NCBI GenBank assembly: GCA_963675785.1
Contig: OY776562.1
Span: 1,856,001 to 1,920,000 of the forward strand
From: Anaerolineae bacterium
Lineage (GTDB): Bacteria > Chloroflexota > Anaerolineae > UBA1429
Direction: 5' to 3'
Length of the DNA: 64,000 nucleotides
Shown here: positions 9,860 through 20,126 of the stretch, one piece after another
Layout: every line of letters begins with the position of its first letter
Position numbering within the stretch: the first letter of the stretch is position 1
Program-made: the position numbers and the translations under genes
The notes under the pieces: model-generated
What the model was told of the DNA's origin: nothing
Seen by the model: only the letters and a program-made list of their open reading frames with translations
Databases searched by the model: none

Positions 9860-11021
9860 GAATCACCTCAACTTGAGGCGGATTGCAGAAATCATGGTAA
9901 CGTTCGGTAGCGTTGGCATCGGCAGCATCGCCATCATGCACCAGAATGCGATAATGCCAGGTGAGGCTTTCGCCAGCGGGGATGATCAAATCCCAGGTAT
10001 TGTTAGGATCGCCTGTGAAATCATGGAGCGCAATTGGATTAGCCGTCATCAATCCGTAATTGCGCACGTGCCAGAACGTGGGATATCGCGGGTTATTCTG
10101 ATGATCCATCAGGCACACACCGCGCCAACCAAGTTCCGTGGGACCAGAGTAATCACACCAGGGGGCACGTTGGCCCCAGGCCTCATCCTCTAACACTGCC
10201 CCGTAACCATTAACAAAACGTCCGCCGCTCATATCGCCTGTCACATCCATGGATGTGGCTACACGCACCGCGATCAAGCCCCCCTCTTTAGTATCTCCCA
10301 TCACCACCGGCCCTTGCGAGGCTTCGAATGTGATCTCGTAATCGATGAGACGGCACTCAGCTGGGGCATTGTAAAAAGTGAGCCGGCGCGTCTCGGTCAT
10401 ATTCGGTTGATGGTCGGCATCGGTCCAATGTAGAATCTCGGAAAAACCGCCGGCCACCGGGCCGGAATAGATACGAGTGAATACCTGATGCACCTGATAC
10501 CCGTGCCCCTCGACCTCACTCCAGTTATCCACACCATTGACGGCTCCCTGTGCGGTGTAAATGCCCTTGTGATGAGGATGGTCGCGCGTATCGCCCTCGG
10601 CATCGGGAACCATGGGCCAATCCCGAGTGATGCCCACCCCGCCGCTGGCCAGCACCGGGTAGAGATAGGGTCGGACCACATCCGCATAGTTGTACACGGT
10701 GAATCGTTCACCGTTGATGTTCACGATGAGCTTGTCACCCGTATCAGAAACCAGCACACGTTCATCCGGCGCCGTCATAACACCGCCAGAAACGAGGTGG
10801 TATTCGATGGTAGCACAAGCCGGTTCGTTCTCTACAATCCAGGCCAACTGAATGGCGTCATCCTCGCGCCAGGCCTGCAGTGGCAATTCATTCCCGGCTA
10901 CATCCTGCAAATGCAATGTGGCAGGATCTATATCGGCAGCAACATCTAACCTGGCTGTCATGGGGCAATAAGTACGGTGATGCCATCCCGATTTCACGCA
11001 GATTGTTGCCAGACGTTTCAT
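9843..11021 (-). CDS. PmoA-like (DUF6807-type) carbohydrate-associated protein
   Basis: RPYLYPV, DHPHHKGI, DTKEGG..VRV and PTFWHVRNYGLMTANP motifs. Confidence 0.7.
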   Translation of the reverse strand: MKRLATICVKSGWHHRTYCPMTARLDVAADIDPATLHLQDVAGNELPLQAWREDDAIQLAWIVENEPACATIEYHLVSGGVMTAPDERVLVSDTGDKLIVNINGERFTVYNYADVVRPYLYPVLASGGVGITRDWPMVPDAEGDTRDHPHHKGIYTAQGAVNGVDNWSEVEGHGYQVHQVFTRIYSGPVAGGFSEILHWTDADHQPNMTETRRLTFYNAPAECRLIDYEITFEASQGPVVMGDTKEGGLIAVRVATSMDVTGDMSGGRFVNGYGAVLEDEAWGQRAPWCDYSGPTELGWRGVCLMDHQNNPRYPTFWHVRNYGLMTANPIALHDFTGDPNNTWDLIIPAGESLTWHYRILVHDGDAADANATERYHDFCNPPQVEVIREDIS

Positions 11022-11028
11022 GATATAT

Positions 11029-11847
11029 CTATGCTCCTTGTGTGGTTCTTAAATTGTAAATGCTCTGCCGAGCAATTTCATGAGGGTCTATTATGGTATC
11101 AAAAGCTTCGACGGAAAGCCAGCCATCGTAGCCAATCTCATTCAATGCTGCCATAATCGGCTCAAAGGCCACGTCGCCCATGCCAGGGCCAAGGCGGTTG
11201 GGATCATTGACATGAACATGACGGATTCTATCCCCAACAAGCCGAATTTGATCGGCCACCGGGCGCGAATCATGAGCCATGGCCTTGACATCGACCATCA
11301 GACCGAACCCGGGCCGTCCTACCTCTTCCACAAGCTTGATAGCCTCATCAATGCAGGTGATAAACGCACACTCGGGGGCGGGTAAGGCTTCGATGCACAA
11401 AGTTACACCGCAATCGGCCGCCCGTTCACCACAATGCGCCATTGTTTGCCTAAACCAACCCCAGGCTTTTGCAAAAGGTACGCCTTCACAGGGATTACGC
11501 TGCGCTGGCGACCCCAACACCAAAATGCTCCCACCTAGCTCAGCGCACAGGTCTATTTCGGCCAGCAAATAGTCGGCCGCCGCTTCGCGTTGAGACGAAT
11601 CCGAGGAACAAAGGTGTTTGCCCTCGGTATGCGCCAACAGCCAATGCAGGCCAACTACGAGCAGGCCATTGTCTTCGATCTCGCGGCGAATACGATGGCG
11701 AACTTTGCCAGTCAAGTCATGCACATCGTCGCAAAGTGTATAGGGAGCAAGCTCCAGACCGGCATACCCCAGTTCAGCCAAAAAGGCCGCCGTATCAGCC
11801 AAAGGGCCCTCAAATAACTCATTACACATGGCATAGCGTTCTGCCAC
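11029..11847 (-). CDS. Sugar phosphate isomerase/epimerase (xylose-isomerase-like TIM barrel, D-tagatose/psicose 3-epimerase-like)
   Basis: GYAGLELAP, LCIEAL, LMVDVKAM, HVHVND..GPGMG and GYDGWLSVEAF. Confidence 0.88.
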   Translation of the reverse strand: MAERYAMCNELFEGPLADTAAFLAELGYAGLELAPYTLCDDVHDLTGKVRHRIRREIEDNGLLVVGLHWLLAHTEGKHLCSSDSSQREAAADYLLAEIDLCAELGGSILVLGSPAQRNPCEGVPFAKAWGWFRQTMAHCGERAADCGVTLCIEALPAPECAFITCIDEAIKLVEEVGRPGFGLMVDVKAMAHDSRPVADQIRLVGDRIRHVHVNDPNRLGPGMGDVAFEPIMAALNEIGYDGWLSVEAFDTIIDPHEIARQSIYNLRTTQGA

Positions 11848-11985
11848 AAATCACTCCCTCTTTAGACCTACCCTGCTATCATTCTACTCTGCCATTCTAC
11901 TTCCTTCAACAGCCCCTTGACATGTCCGATTGGCGCAGTATCCTTGCAGGCAAGATTGCAAAAAGCTACAGAGAAGGAGAGCCGC

Positions 11986-13872
11986 ATGTATCGATCCATC
12001 TTCACTGACGAACTGGGTCTCGACATCGCAGAAGCACTGCCCATCATCAAATCATGGGGGCTCGACTATTGCGATCTTCGCGCCATGGTTTTTGGCAAAG
12101 GCTGTGAATACCTCACCCAGGAAGAACTGGAAGAGGTCAAAAGGTTGCTCAAGCAGAACGGCCTCAAGCTGGGCTGCCTGCAAACATCGTTAGCCAAGGT
12201 TCAGCTCCCCGACCGAGAGCGTCAGGAGGCCGAAGAGGCCAAGATGGAAGGGATCATCCGCGCCGCTGACGCGCTGGATTGCAATCTGGTGCGCAGCTTT
12301 TTCTACTGGCACCCCAAGGACGACCTGCGCGGCAAGTTGAGCATCCTCCCTGACCAGCAGCAAAAAGTTCTCGATATGTTCGAACCACTGGCCAATCGTG
12401 CCATCGAGGCCGGCCTCAAAATCGGATTCGAGAACTGCGGCGTAACCGCCGATGAGGTGTTTACTATCCTCGATGAGCTGAATGTGCCCGGATGGGGCCT
12501 AGCCTGGGATCCGGCTAACGGCTGGGAGCAAAAAGAGAACCTAGAAGACGAAGTCGAATATCTGGTTACCTGTGCCCAGCGCTCGGTGATGGTGCACGTC
12601 AAGGCAAGAGGTTCTGTTATTCCATTAGAAGGCGAAATCCTCCCCTGGGCTCGCATTCTGACAACCTGCGCTGCCGCTGGCCTAGAAGGCCCTGTAAGTG
12701 CCGAAACACATAACCGCGATAAAACGATGAGCGACGTGGACGTGTCGCACAGCGTGATACAAGTTATGGAACGCGCCTGGCCGCTAGAAGCGCCGGGGGA
12801 AATCTATGAAGCTGCCAAGCCACGCAACACAGGCATTGTTCGAGATTGGGATAATGACCCGGTAGGCTTTGTGGTGGTGGGACTGGGCATGGGCCATAAC
12901 CGTGCCCGTGTGGTTACACAGACATCGGGAGCTCGCCTGCTGGGCGTTTGCGACCTCGTTGAGGAAAGAGCTCAACGATCTGCTGAGGAATACGGCGTGC
13001 CTTATACCCTGGATATCGAAGACTGGCTGGATCAGGACGATGTCGAGGTAGTTTATGTCATGACGCCCACCGGCTTGCATGGTAAGGTGGCCCGGCAGGC
13101 GATTGCCGCTGGCAAGCACGTGCTCACTACCAAACCCATGGACGCCTCGCTCAAGGCTTGCGATGCCACGATCAGGGCGGCTGAAGAAGAAAACGTTCTG
13201 TTGGGAGTCGACTTCGACCGCCGCTTTCAGGATGATTTGCTTTCATTACAAGCCAGCGTGCGTGAAGACAAACTGGGCAGACTGTTAAGTGGCCAGTGCT
13301 CGCTGCAGGTGCTGCGCGGCCCCGAGTATTTCCAAGGCATCAGTGCCTGGCATGGTACCTGGGAACTGGATGGTGGCGGCGTACTCTCTAACCAATCCAT
13401 CCATCATATTGATGAATTGGCCTTTGCTCTGGGCATTCCCTCGCGCGTACGCTGCGACATCTACACCCAGACACATGAGATCGAAGCCGAGGATCTGGGC
13501 ACAGCCGTATGGGTTTATGACGACGGGCCAGTTATCACCTTTTACGGTACCACCAGTTACCCGCAAAAGACCTGGTATCATCGGCTGGATTTGTTTGGTA
13601 CAGAGGGCGCCTTCCATCACACTGAGGGTGGCCCTTACAACAAACCTGAGACACATTGGTTTGTGGGTGGTGAATGGAGCGATAAGGCGCCTGTTAGCGT
13701 GCATTCACACTGGCAGAGTGCAGCGGATAACATGGCCGCTGCTGTACGCACCGGAGTCGAGCTGACTTGTACGGGGCGAGATGGCCGCCGTACCCAGTCC
13801 ATTCTGGATGCCATGTACCGCTCGGCCAAACTGGGCGGAGCCTGGGTCGGTGTCGAGCCAGACCTAGATTAA
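11986..13872 (+). CDS. Fusion of a xylose-isomerase-like TIM barrel and a Gfo/Idh/MocA oxidoreductase
   Basis: N-half SIFTDE, GFENCG, WDPAN, VHVKA; C-half VVGLGMG, AGKHVLTTKP, GGGVLSNQSIHHID; AAGGAG RBS before ATG 11986. Confidence 0.82.
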   Translation: MYRSIFTDELGLDIAEALPIIKSWGLDYCDLRAMVFGKGCEYLTQEELEEVKRLLKQNGLKLGCLQTSLAKVQLPDRERQEAEEAKMEGIIRAADALDCNLVRSFFYWHPKDDLRGKLSILPDQQQKVLDMFEPLANRAIEAGLKIGFENCGVTADEVFTILDELNVPGWGLAWDPANGWEQKENLEDEVEYLVTCAQRSVMVHVKARGSVIPLEGEILPWARILTTCAAAGLEGPVSAETHNRDKTMSDVDVSHSVIQVMERAWPLEAPGEIYEAAKPRNTGIVRDWDNDPVGFVVVGLGMGHNRARVVTQTSGARLLGVCDLVEERAQRSAEEYGVPYTLDIEDWLDQDDVEVVYVMTPTGLHGKVARQAIAAGKHVLTTKPMDASLKACDATIRAAEEENVLLGVDFDRRFQDDLLSLQASVREDKLGRLLSGQCSLQVLRGPEYFQGISAWHGTWELDGGGVLSNQSIHHIDELAFALGIPSRVRCDIYTQTHEIEAEDLGTAVWVYDDGPVITFYGTTSYPQKTWYHRLDLFGTEGAFHHTEGGPYNKPETHWFVGGEWSDKAPVSVHSHWQSAADNMAAAVRTGVELTCTGRDGRRTQSILDAMYRSAKLGGAWVGVEPDLD

Positions 13873-13908
13873 AAAAAGAGGGGAGCGGACAACCGCTCCC
13901 CTCTTTTT
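13873..13908. terminator. Bidirectional intrinsic terminator
   Basis: aaaaagaggggagcgg-acaa-ccgctcccctcttttt. Confidence 0.9.
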
Positions 13909-13915
13909 CGTTTTG

Positions 13916-15076
13916 CTACTTGATGCCCTTGGCGCGCATCATATCGTCGATATTGACCACCACCAATTGGGCCCTGCCGCTGGCATCCGAGGCCACCAAA
14001 AGCTCTTGGCCATCCCACGACCAGGCGGGGTGCAAATGGGTGCCCGTATGCGAATGGTTCAGCACCCCCATGTGCAGCACGTCATAGGCAGTGTCGGTTA
14101 GCGTGTCTACCACCAACAGCGAAGCACCACCCTCACCCGCCAACACATAGTCCGCGGCGATCCAACGGCCATCTGGCGAATAGCTAGGATGTCCCATACC
14201 ACCCAAGGCCTTGGTAGCCAAGCTGCGCTCACCAGTCTCGGTATCATAGAGCACCATCGAGAGTTTGGGCCTGCCGGGGAACTCGGCGTTCGCCAAAATC
14301 TGGTGGCAATTGGGATGCCAGAGCGGATGATGACCAAACTCACCCACGCGCTTGAGCCCTGTGCCATCGGCGTTGATCACATAGATATCCTTGACGCGAG
14401 GCAGCTCGTTGTACTTGTCCGCATAGAAAATCTCGTTGGTAAACACAAACATCAGGCGTTGGCCATCAGGCGACCACTTGGTGTGCTTGATGTAGAGATG
14501 CCAGCCATCGATCTCGTCACGGCGGGGATGAATGTCCAGACAATCTTGGATGCTCACCACTTGGTGAGATTTACCCGTAGCAAAGTCGATGATACGGGCA
14601 CCTCGTTCGGCATAATTCAGTCTGACGTGCTCATCGGGCTGGAGATGATAGTCATCAAAATACGTACCCTTGTCACCCGTAGGGCAAACCATGCGAATGG
14701 CGCCGGGCACGCTCCCCGATTCACCGTTTTCAACATAGGTCCAAGAGAGGCACAGATTGCCATCCTCATCGCGATCATCATAAAACACGCGAGTGCCATC
14801 CGCCGACCACTGCGCCTTGGCGCCGTCGTTTGAGGTCATAAAGCGCGAATGAGCCACCACGCAAAGATTCTCGCCGGTACGTGAGGCCACACAAATGTCG
14901 CCTTCAGAAGCCAGCGGCGCCAAACGCGAAAAAACCACGTCGAACGATGTTCTCGACCAGGGCGGCAAATCATAATACCCGTGTACACTGCGCAGTTCAG
15001 GATGGCTCGTAAGCTGTAGTACCGGCACCCCCGTTACGGGATCCTTGTATCGAACGGCCTCGCATGTTCCAGTCAT
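13916..15076 (-). CDS. TolB-like beta-propeller, oligogalacturonate-lyase (PL22)-like
   Basis: YKDPVTGVPVLQLT start, repeated WSPDG/WSADG blades, C-terminal THLHPAWSWDG. Confidence 0.7.
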   Translation of the reverse strand: MTGTCEAVRYKDPVTGVPVLQLTSHPELRSVHGYYDLPPWSRTSFDVVFSRLAPLASEGDICVASRTGENLCVVAHSRFMTSNDGAKAQWSADGTRVFYDDRDEDGNLCLSWTYVENGESGSVPGAIRMVCPTGDKGTYFDDYHLQPDEHVRLNYAERGARIIDFATGKSHQVVSIQDCLDIHPRRDEIDGWHLYIKHTKWSPDGQRLMFVFTNEIFYADKYNELPRVKDIYVINADGTGLKRVGEFGHHPLWHPNCHQILANAEFPGRPKLSMVLYDTETGERSLATKALGGMGHPSYSPDGRWIAADYVLAGEGGASLLVVDTLTDTAYDVLHMGVLNHSHTGTHLHPAWSWDGQELLVASDASGRAQLVVVNIDDMMRAKGIK

Positions 15077-15105
15077 CGTGTGCCCCTCCCCCCAGAGAGT
15101 ATCTA

Positions 15106-17667
15106 CTAACTGACGTCCATATTATCACCGCTGAAATCCTTCAATGGCCACCAGGTAGGGTCATTGGTGACGACCACTTGGGCCACTGCAGAAGTAGCGG
15201 TTCGTGGCACCAGTGTCAGCGAATGCCGTCCCTCAGTCAAGTCAAACAACTCGGGACTGCCAGCCACATGACTACCCAAGGCACTCCAAGACCATTGTCC
15301 CCAACGCCCCCACACCTGCCACTGGCCCACCTTTTGATCATCGATGAGCACATCAAAGAGACTCGGCTGACGTTCCTGATGGGTGGAGATGCCCCAAAGA
15401 GCGTATTGGCCATCCTGAGCCAGCTTGAACTTCCATGTGATCGAACCTTCCGCCCTACTGGCTATGGCAGCACGCAGATCCAGTCCGTCTGGTTGAACCA
15501 GATCCATGTCGGTACGTTTGCCCTTGCGGGCATCGAGCTCTATGCTCTCTGATTTGATAGCCGGCAGATCACAGGCAACTGAAACGGGCAGGGATTCTAT
15601 ACCGGCGCGGTTCACAGCGGTTACGGCATAGGCATAGGTCTTGCCGGGCTGCAAACCCCAGTCCACCAGTTCGGCTTCTACAGGAGAACCTACCAAATTG
15701 TCCTGCCCAAGCTCAGGTTCTGTACCCGGCTGAACACGGTAGACGTTGAAATGGGAAAAACTGTTTAGTCTGAGCTCTTGCCAGGCAATGCGGATGGCAT
15801 TCGCAAAAGCCGGTTCTGCAGTAAGACCTTCTGGTGTAGGCGGCGTATCGCCATCCAACATCGTCATCCTGCCTTCAGGAACATAATCCTCAACATCCGC
15901 CAAAAAGATCATGTCCAGGCATTCCTGGCCTGTTTCAGGTTGGAAGAGAAGCCGGGTCTCGCCAGTGATGAGCTCGTGGGGCTCTTCAGCACGCCCCCAT
16001 GTCCACTCCTCGCTATCGCAAACCAGACGAATCTGTCCATCAGGCAATGTGGCCTTCCATGAGCCCTCGCCACGCACACGCGCCCACAAGTAGAAACTGC
16101 GCGTAGCCGGTACACGCACTGGCAGCCACAGGCGTCCACGCCCCTCGCCACTGCAGCCAATATATGCACCGCTCGAAGCTCCGCTTCTGTCAGAGAGGCA
16201 GGTTAATGGCAGAGTTGGCTCACCCACTTCTGCCTGATAGCGCAAGCAGATCGGTCCTTCCCAGTAAACATCGCCCAACTGATAGACGGGCTGTGTGGGT
16301 GCACTCTCCAAGCCGCTATGCTCTACAGCCGTTACGGCATAACACAACTTTTGATCCTTGCGTAGACCAGAACGCCAGCCCAAGCCACGTTGGGGCTTGA
16401 AACTGAGCAGCTTCCAGGTCAAACCACCATCTGCTGAGCGATAGATGTTGTACCCCATAACCTCACGGGAATGAACGGGCTCGTCCCAGTTGAGCACGAC
16501 ACTTTTCCCATCAATACGCTGCCGCAAGTTGCGCGGCGCATCTGGCTGACGCAAAACAGCCATGTACAAATCCGAAAAATCGCCAATAGCATCGCTATTG
16601 AACACAACCTTGGTGCCATCAGGGCTAGGCGTCGGGTGCGCATGAGTCGTATGGTGATCAGGATGCCAGTTCTGGTGATGGTTATACAGTGAATTATCAA
16701 AGGTGCAGATGCGCTGAATTACGGAAGAGGCATTCAGCGGGAAGGCCAAAACCTGATTAGGATAAATCGCCGATTCTGGAATGCCCCCAATGGTATCAGT
16801 AACGAACCAATCCCCATCCACCGTCGAGGCCCCATGCCCACCGCTGCCCAAATGAGCGATCTCGCGCCGCTCGGTAGAGTCAAGGGGCCAACCCCAAACA
16901 GAGCCCTCATCAAAGAAGGTCAGCTCGGTGCCACCAGTCACCCAATCGGGATGACTGCCAGTGAAGGGGATTTCCTTTCGCTCGGTGCCATCGGGTAGAA
17001 TGGTCCACTGCGTGCGTGGCTGGTCATAATTGAAAAAGATGCGGCAGTCGTCGGACTTGCAGAAACGCAGCCGGTGCCAAGAACGCTCCAACTCTATGGT
17101 TTGCAGCGAGCCATCCAAGCCCAGCACATAAATCATAGAAGGATGATCCGCAATCTCGTGTGAATAGCCCCCATCCTTTTTCCCAAAGAGGAAACACTCC
17201 TCCGAGGGGTGAGGCGGCTGCATCGCGCCAAGATCCTGCTCAACGGCGACTACTTCGATGATCTCACCATCAAAGGGGTTGAGCGCCAACACCCGCGTGG
17301 TATCGTTCTCAACTTGTGCAATTAAGAAACGATCGCGACGAAGCAGGCTCCAATAACCATCCACAGATGGATCATCAGCCGGGGCAGGCATAGGCCGAAT
17401 GTTGCTGCCATCGGCATTCATCAACCAACGGCGGCGCTGGCCGCTTCGCCAGCTGAAAAAACAGATCACCGAACCATCGGCGTTCCAGGCTGGCTTGTCG
17501 TAATAATCGTTTGAATCGATGGCAGGGTCGCAAGTCATGCGCCAAACGATACCGTGTGTGTCTGGATCCACATACACAGAGCGCTCTGAAAGGTAAGCGC
17601 CCTGTCTGCAAGTATCCTCCAAACGCCGCCAACCACTTTGCTGACTTTGGATTAAAAGTTCAGACAT
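15106..17667 (-). CDS. Oligogalacturonate-lyase-like beta-propeller with fibronectin III and CBM-like domains
   Basis: YVDPDTHGIVWRMT and THAHPTPSPDG propeller; two FN3 units (W..P...GYNIYRS...YAVTAV...LES); two jelly-roll-like segments. Confidence 0.68.
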   Translation of the reverse strand: MSELLIQSQQSGWRRLEDTCRQGAYLSERSVYVDPDTHGIVWRMTCDPAIDSNDYYDKPAWNADGSVICFFSWRSGQRRRWLMNADGSNIRPMPAPADDPSVDGYWSLLRRDRFLIAQVENDTTRVLALNPFDGEIIEVVAVEQDLGAMQPPHPSEECFLFGKKDGGYSHEIADHPSMIYVLGLDGSLQTIELERSWHRLRFCKSDDCRIFFNYDQPRTQWTILPDGTERKEIPFTGSHPDWVTGGTELTFFDEGSVWGWPLDSTERREIAHLGSGGHGASTVDGDWFVTDTIGGIPESAIYPNQVLAFPLNASSVIQRICTFDNSLYNHHQNWHPDHHTTHAHPTPSPDGTKVVFNSDAIGDFSDLYMAVLRQPDAPRNLRQRIDGKSVVLNWDEPVHSREVMGYNIYRSADGGLTWKLLSFKPQRGLGWRSGLRKDQKLCYAVTAVEHSGLESAPTQPVYQLGDVYWEGPICLRYQAEVGEPTLPLTCLSDRSGASSGAYIGCSGEGRGRLWLPVRVPATRSFYLWARVRGEGSWKATLPDGQIRLVCDSEEWTWGRAEEPHELITGETRLLFQPETGQECLDMIFLADVEDYVPEGRMTMLDGDTPPTPEGLTAEPAFANAIRIAWQELRLNSFSHFNVYRVQPGTEPELGQDNLVGSPVEAELVDWGLQPGKTYAYAVTAVNRAGIESLPVSVACDLPAIKSESIELDARKGKRTDMDLVQPDGLDLRAAIASRAEGSITWKFKLAQDGQYALWGISTHQERQPSLFDVLIDDQKVGQWQVWGRWGQWSWSALGSHVAGSPELFDLTEGRHSLTLVPRTATSAVAQVVVTNDPTWWPLKDFSGDNMDVS

Positions 17668-17777
17668 TATACAGACCTCCAGATTTCATCACCTAACCCA
17701 ATAAGCCCTGTCTCAGGGCTAGAGCAAAAAATATCCTATCGCACTTGCTTCATTTGGTCAATGCAAAGCTTTATGAA

Positions 17778-17806
17778 TTGAACAAGCCCCCGCGCTGCTC
17801 TATAAT
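17778..17806 (+). promoter_or_regulatory. Putative sigma70 promoter for the GNAT operon
   Basis: TTGAAC-N17-TATAAT. Confidence 0.6.
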
Positions 17807-17834
17807 CAAGGGACAAAGTAACGGAGGAAAACTG

Positions 17835-18371
17835 ATGATCAGTGGTTCGCGAATTAACTTGCGCCCCTGGTGCAAAGAAGATATCGATCTGTTTATCCGT
17901 TGGTTCAACGACCCCGAAGTAACAATTTATATTGGCAATGCCTTCCCCAACCTTACTCGTGAAGCGGAAGAGCATCTCTATGAAGAGCATGTCAAAGAAA
18001 AAGATCGTACGATGTATGTCATTGAACTCAAAGAGACAGGACAGGCCATCGGCAATTGTTCCTTGTTTGGGATCGATCTCAAAAACCGTTGTGGAGAGAT
18101 CGGCATTGTCATTGGCGAAAAAGACCACTGGTCCAAGGGCTATGGCCGCGAGGCGATCAACCTGTTGCTACAAGTTGGCTTTGATGGCTATGGGCTCAAC
18201 CGCATTCAACTGCGTTATGGCGATTTTAACCGGCGCGGAGAGAACTGCTACAAAGCCGTGGGCTTTAAGGAAGAGGGCCGCCTGAGGCAGGCATGGTACA
18301 TCAAGGGCGAATATTACGACGAGGTCATCACCAGCATTCTTGCGTCAGAGTATCGCGAAAGAATGGACTGA
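17835..18371 (+). CDS. GNAT N-acetyltransferase, RimJ/RimL family
   Basis: EIGIVIGEKDHWSKGYGREA and N.RG...YKAVGFKEEGRLRQ; GGAGG RBS before ATG 17835. Confidence 0.9.
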   Translation: MISGSRINLRPWCKEDIDLFIRWFNDPEVTIYIGNAFPNLTREAEEHLYEEHVKEKDRTMYVIELKETGQAIGNCSLFGIDLKNRCGEIGIVIGEKDHWSKGYGREAINLLLQVGFDGYGLNRIQLRYGDFNRRGENCYKAVGFKEEGRLRQAWYIKGEYYDEVITSILASEYRERMD

Positions 18372-18386
18372 GCAGGAGGCACTGGC

Positions 18387-20063
18387 ATGAGGGTTCTACA
18401 ATGGGCGGTAGAAACGCTCCACTTGAAGGCTGCTGCCGAGTATGAAGCGCCGTACCGTTACGATCGACCGCCTGGTTTGCACTGCATTATGCAGCCACAA
18501 GAAGGGGAACCTCTCATCCTGGAAGGTTATTGGGACGGTGGACGCGACTGGACGGTGCGTTTTGCACTGCCCACAGCAGGCCAATGGAGCTGGCAGATAG
18601 AATCGGCCGATGCCGGGCTCAACGGTCTCAGTGGCGAAATTTCTTGCGAACCTATCAACGAAGAAGCCATTAGCAAGAACGCAAACCTCCACGGGCATAT
18701 CCGTGTGGCCCCAAGTGGACGATATTTTGAACACGCCGACGGCACACCTTTCTTTTTGATGGCCGATACCAACTGGGCCATGCCCAGCCTGCGTTGCGCG
18801 CCGGGCAAACAGCATGATGGGCCGTTTTACATTTGGCTGAACGACCGCCTGGAAAAAGGGTTTACGGCGGTGCTCACCACGCTTTTCGACATCGACCAGC
18901 CGAATAGCGGCGGGCATCCCTTCCCCAATAACACGCACTGGCCGGGCGACGGCAGCTATATGCCACTCAACCCCGCCTATTTTCAAGCGCTGGACACCAA
19001 AATGCAGGCTCTATGGGAGGCCGGTCTGGTAGTAGCCTGTCATCCCACATGGATCGGCAAGCAATATGGGTTTGAGCCTGAGGATGCAGCCTGGATATGG
19101 CGCTATTTGCTGGCACGTTACGGCGCCTACAATCTGATTTTTTCGGTGAGTGGTGAATACCATCTTGGCTATGAGGGAAGCGCCGCCTGGCGCCCCTGGA
19201 GTAAAGAAGAATTCAATACCATGGGAGAGATCATAGCCGAAGGAAATGCCTATGGGCATCCGTTGAGCATCCATCCACGTGGCCCCTTGTATGATAGGGA
19301 TGGCGAGATAACCAATATCCACACCGCTTCATCCGGACTGGATTTTCATAATGCGGGTTGGCTGGACCATAACTGGATACAGGGAGGTCAGCATCCGGCA
19401 GTGCTGGTCTATACGCCCACCTTTCTGTGGATGGACTATCGCCGAGAGCCGTCTCGTCCCACCTGGGTAGCCGAAGGTTTCTACGAGAACAACAGCCCCA
19501 CCGGGGCCAGTGCGCGCATGGTGCGCTGGCAAGCCTGGACGAGCTTTTTAAGCGGGGGCTGCGGATTTGGCTACGGCTCAGGTGGTGTATGGCAATTCTA
19601 TGATCCACAAGACCACGCCAGTCATCGCAGCGGACGTTCTAATCAGCCGAGTTGGGATGGCCTGACCTGGAAAGAGGCCCTGAATCGAAGTGGCTCAGAC
19701 CAGCTGCTTTTTCTCAAAGAGTTTATGCAACACATCCCCTGGTGGGAGCTTGCCCCCGCCCAGGATAGACTGGTCATTCGTGGTGGGGACGCTGAAATGG
19801 AAGATGAATCCACACCACGCTGTGCTGCAACGCCCAATAACATTGTGGCGATCTACATCCCCTATGGGAACAGCGGCAAACACATCGGCGTCAAGGGGCT
19901 ACCGCATAGATTCAGGGCAGGCTGGTTCGATCCGCGCAATGGCGAGACCACCTTCTTTGAAAGCCCGCAATGCCGTGCCGATGGCTATGGCTATTGGGAA
20001 TCGCCCAAGGTGCCCAACAAGAGCGATTGGATTATCTGTATTATGCCGGAAATCAACGCTTGA
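18387..20063 (+). CDS. DUF5060/DUF4038 apiosidase-like (GH140-related) glycoside hydrolase
   Basis: GYWDGGRDWTVRF, GRYFEHADGTPFFLMADTNW, LNPAYFQALD, QGGQH, EGFYE and C-terminal WFDPRNG...DW. Confidence 0.8.
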   Translation: MRVLQWAVETLHLKAAAEYEAPYRYDRPPGLHCIMQPQEGEPLILEGYWDGGRDWTVRFALPTAGQWSWQIESADAGLNGLSGEISCEPINEEAISKNANLHGHIRVAPSGRYFEHADGTPFFLMADTNWAMPSLRCAPGKQHDGPFYIWLNDRLEKGFTAVLTTLFDIDQPNSGGHPFPNNTHWPGDGSYMPLNPAYFQALDTKMQALWEAGLVVACHPTWIGKQYGFEPEDAAWIWRYLLARYGAYNLIFSVSGEYHLGYEGSAAWRPWSKEEFNTMGEIIAEGNAYGHPLSIHPRGPLYDRDGEITNIHTASSGLDFHNAGWLDHNWIQGGQHPAVLVYTPTFLWMDYRREPSRPTWVAEGFYENNSPTGASARMVRWQAWTSFLSGGCGFGYGSGGVWQFYDPQDHASHRSGRSNQPSWDGLTWKEALNRSGSDQLLFLKEFMQHIPWWELAPAQDRLVIRGGDAEMEDESTPRCAATPNNIVAIYIPYGNSGKHIGVKGLPHRFRAGWFDPRNGETTFFESPQCRADGYGYWESPKVPNKSDWIICIMPEINA

Positions 20064-20126
20064 ACTATGCAGTGAGACCCCCTGCGACAGTACTTTGAGC
20101 TGATACAAAAGGAATCGATAAGCGAT

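Noticed and set aside
9843-11021. Methane monooxygenase function implied by the PmoA family name
   Set aside because: This is a soluble beta-rich protein in a sugar-catabolic context with no pmoB/pmoC; the family name is misleading.
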